The notes under the pieces are model-generated. The model saw only the letters and a program-made list of their open reading frames with translations, ran no database searches and was not told the DNA's origin. This document shows positions 63,188 through 64,000 of a stretch of DNA of 64,000 nt, piece by piece. Numbering within the stretch: position 1 is the stretch's first letter; every line of letters starts with the position of its first letter. Position numbers and translations under genes: made by a program. The stretch is from Nitrosomonadales bacterium (lineage in GTDB: Bacteria > Pseudomonadota > Gammaproteobacteria > Burkholderiales > Gallionellaceae). Location of the stretch: positions 30,756-94,755 of the forward strand of contig JACRED010000031.1 of assembly GCA_016218415.1 (NCBI GenBank). The letters run 5' to 3'.

Positions 63188-64000
63188 ATGCAAAACAAAG
63201 ATACCTTCATCCGCCTGCGCAATCTGTTCATCTCGCTGGCGATCTTTGCCGGGCTGATTTACTACGCATCCACCTATTCCGAGCCGGTGCTGCGCGTTTC
63301 CATCTTTTCCGACGAATCGTCCATCGTGGTGCGGCGCAAACTCAAGCCGCTGACCGAATACCTTGAGAAGAAGGTCGGCATGAAGATCGAGTTCCGGCCG
63401 ATGCCCGATGGCGAGACCATGGTTGAGGCATTGACCGGCAACAAGCTGGATATGGTCTGGCTCGATGGCTACTACTTCATCAGGGCCAAAGTGCGCAGCG
63501 CAGATCAGGTCATCCCGCTGGTGCAGCGCGCGGAAGACGAGCGGACCACTTCGGTGTTCATCACCAGGCGTGTCGACATCACCAGACTGGAAGATCTGAA
63601 AGGCAGGACGCTTGCTTTCGGCGCGGAGACGTCGGCATCCGGCCACCTGATGCCGCGTTCATTTTTGCGGGAAGCGTACCTCGATCCCGATACCGACATG
63701 AAGCCGCTCTTTTCCGGTTCGCCGGATGCGACAGTCGCGGCGGTGGCGGGAGGCCAGGCCGATGCGGGCGTGTTGAGCAGCGCTGCATGGGAAAAGCTGA
63801 TCGAGCAGGGCAAGGCTGACCCCAGAGTGATCCGCGTGTTTTACGTCACGCCCGGCTATCACGATTACAACTGGACGGTACGTGCGGATATGGATGTCAA
63901 TCTGCGCATCAAACTGAGCGATGCCTTCCTCGCGCTGGACAGGAACATCGGGCAGGACAGGGAGATACTGGAATTTCAGCGCGCCAGCCGGTTCATCACT
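63188..64000 (+). CDS. PhnD-family (phosphonate/putative selenate) ABC substrate-binding protein, runs off the window end
   Basis: Read by hand from ATG 63188: VLRVSIFSDES, PLTEYLEKKVGMKIEF, DLKGRTLAFG, SASGHLMPR. Confidence 0.82.
   Translation, partial: MQNKDTFIRLRNLFISLAIFAGLIYYASTYSEPVLRVSIFSDESSIVVRRKLKPLTEYLEKKVGMKIEFRPMPDGETMVEALTGNKLDMVWLDGYYFIRAKVRSADQVIPLVQRAEDERTTSVFITRRVDITRLEDLKGRTLAFGAETSASGHLMPRSFLREAYLDPDTDMKPLFSGSPDATVAAVAGGQADAGVLSSAAWEKLIEQGKADPRVIRVFYVTPGYHDYNWTVRADMDVNLRIKLSDAFLALDRNIGQDREILEFQRASRFIT

Overview
A 64 kb GC-rich betaproteobacterial chromosome segment. Gene order and the many cytochromes suggest Gallionellaceae/Nitrosomonadales, but this is inference. The housekeeping backbone is murJ, carAB-greA, yhbY, rlmE-ftsH-folP-glmM, gluQ, clpAS, a cold-shock gene, monomeric icd, rluE, rhlE, rsgA, orn, murI, hemH-hrcA, nadK-recN-bamE-dapB, nadC and clpB. 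Accessory blocks are: a hybrid kinase-CheR-CheB-GGDEF/EAL operon, an FGE-domain gene pair (one with two heme motifs), a heat-shock mini-operon, a cytochrome island, a peptidase-propeller-Omp85 protein and a repeat-rich lipoprotein. The most striking structure occurs twice, 40 kb apart (~148-2273 and ~40023-41943). At each site a single AT-rich cargo gene is bracketed by an inverted pair of ~270 bp highly structured repeats. The repeats come in distinct left and right subtypes and carry an inner palindrome, inner inverted repeats and outer REP-like hairpins. The right end of the first cassette also holds four ~60 nt nested hairpin insertions. No transposase or integrase is present in the window. 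This looks like a non-autonomous, repeat-bounded single-gene cassette system.
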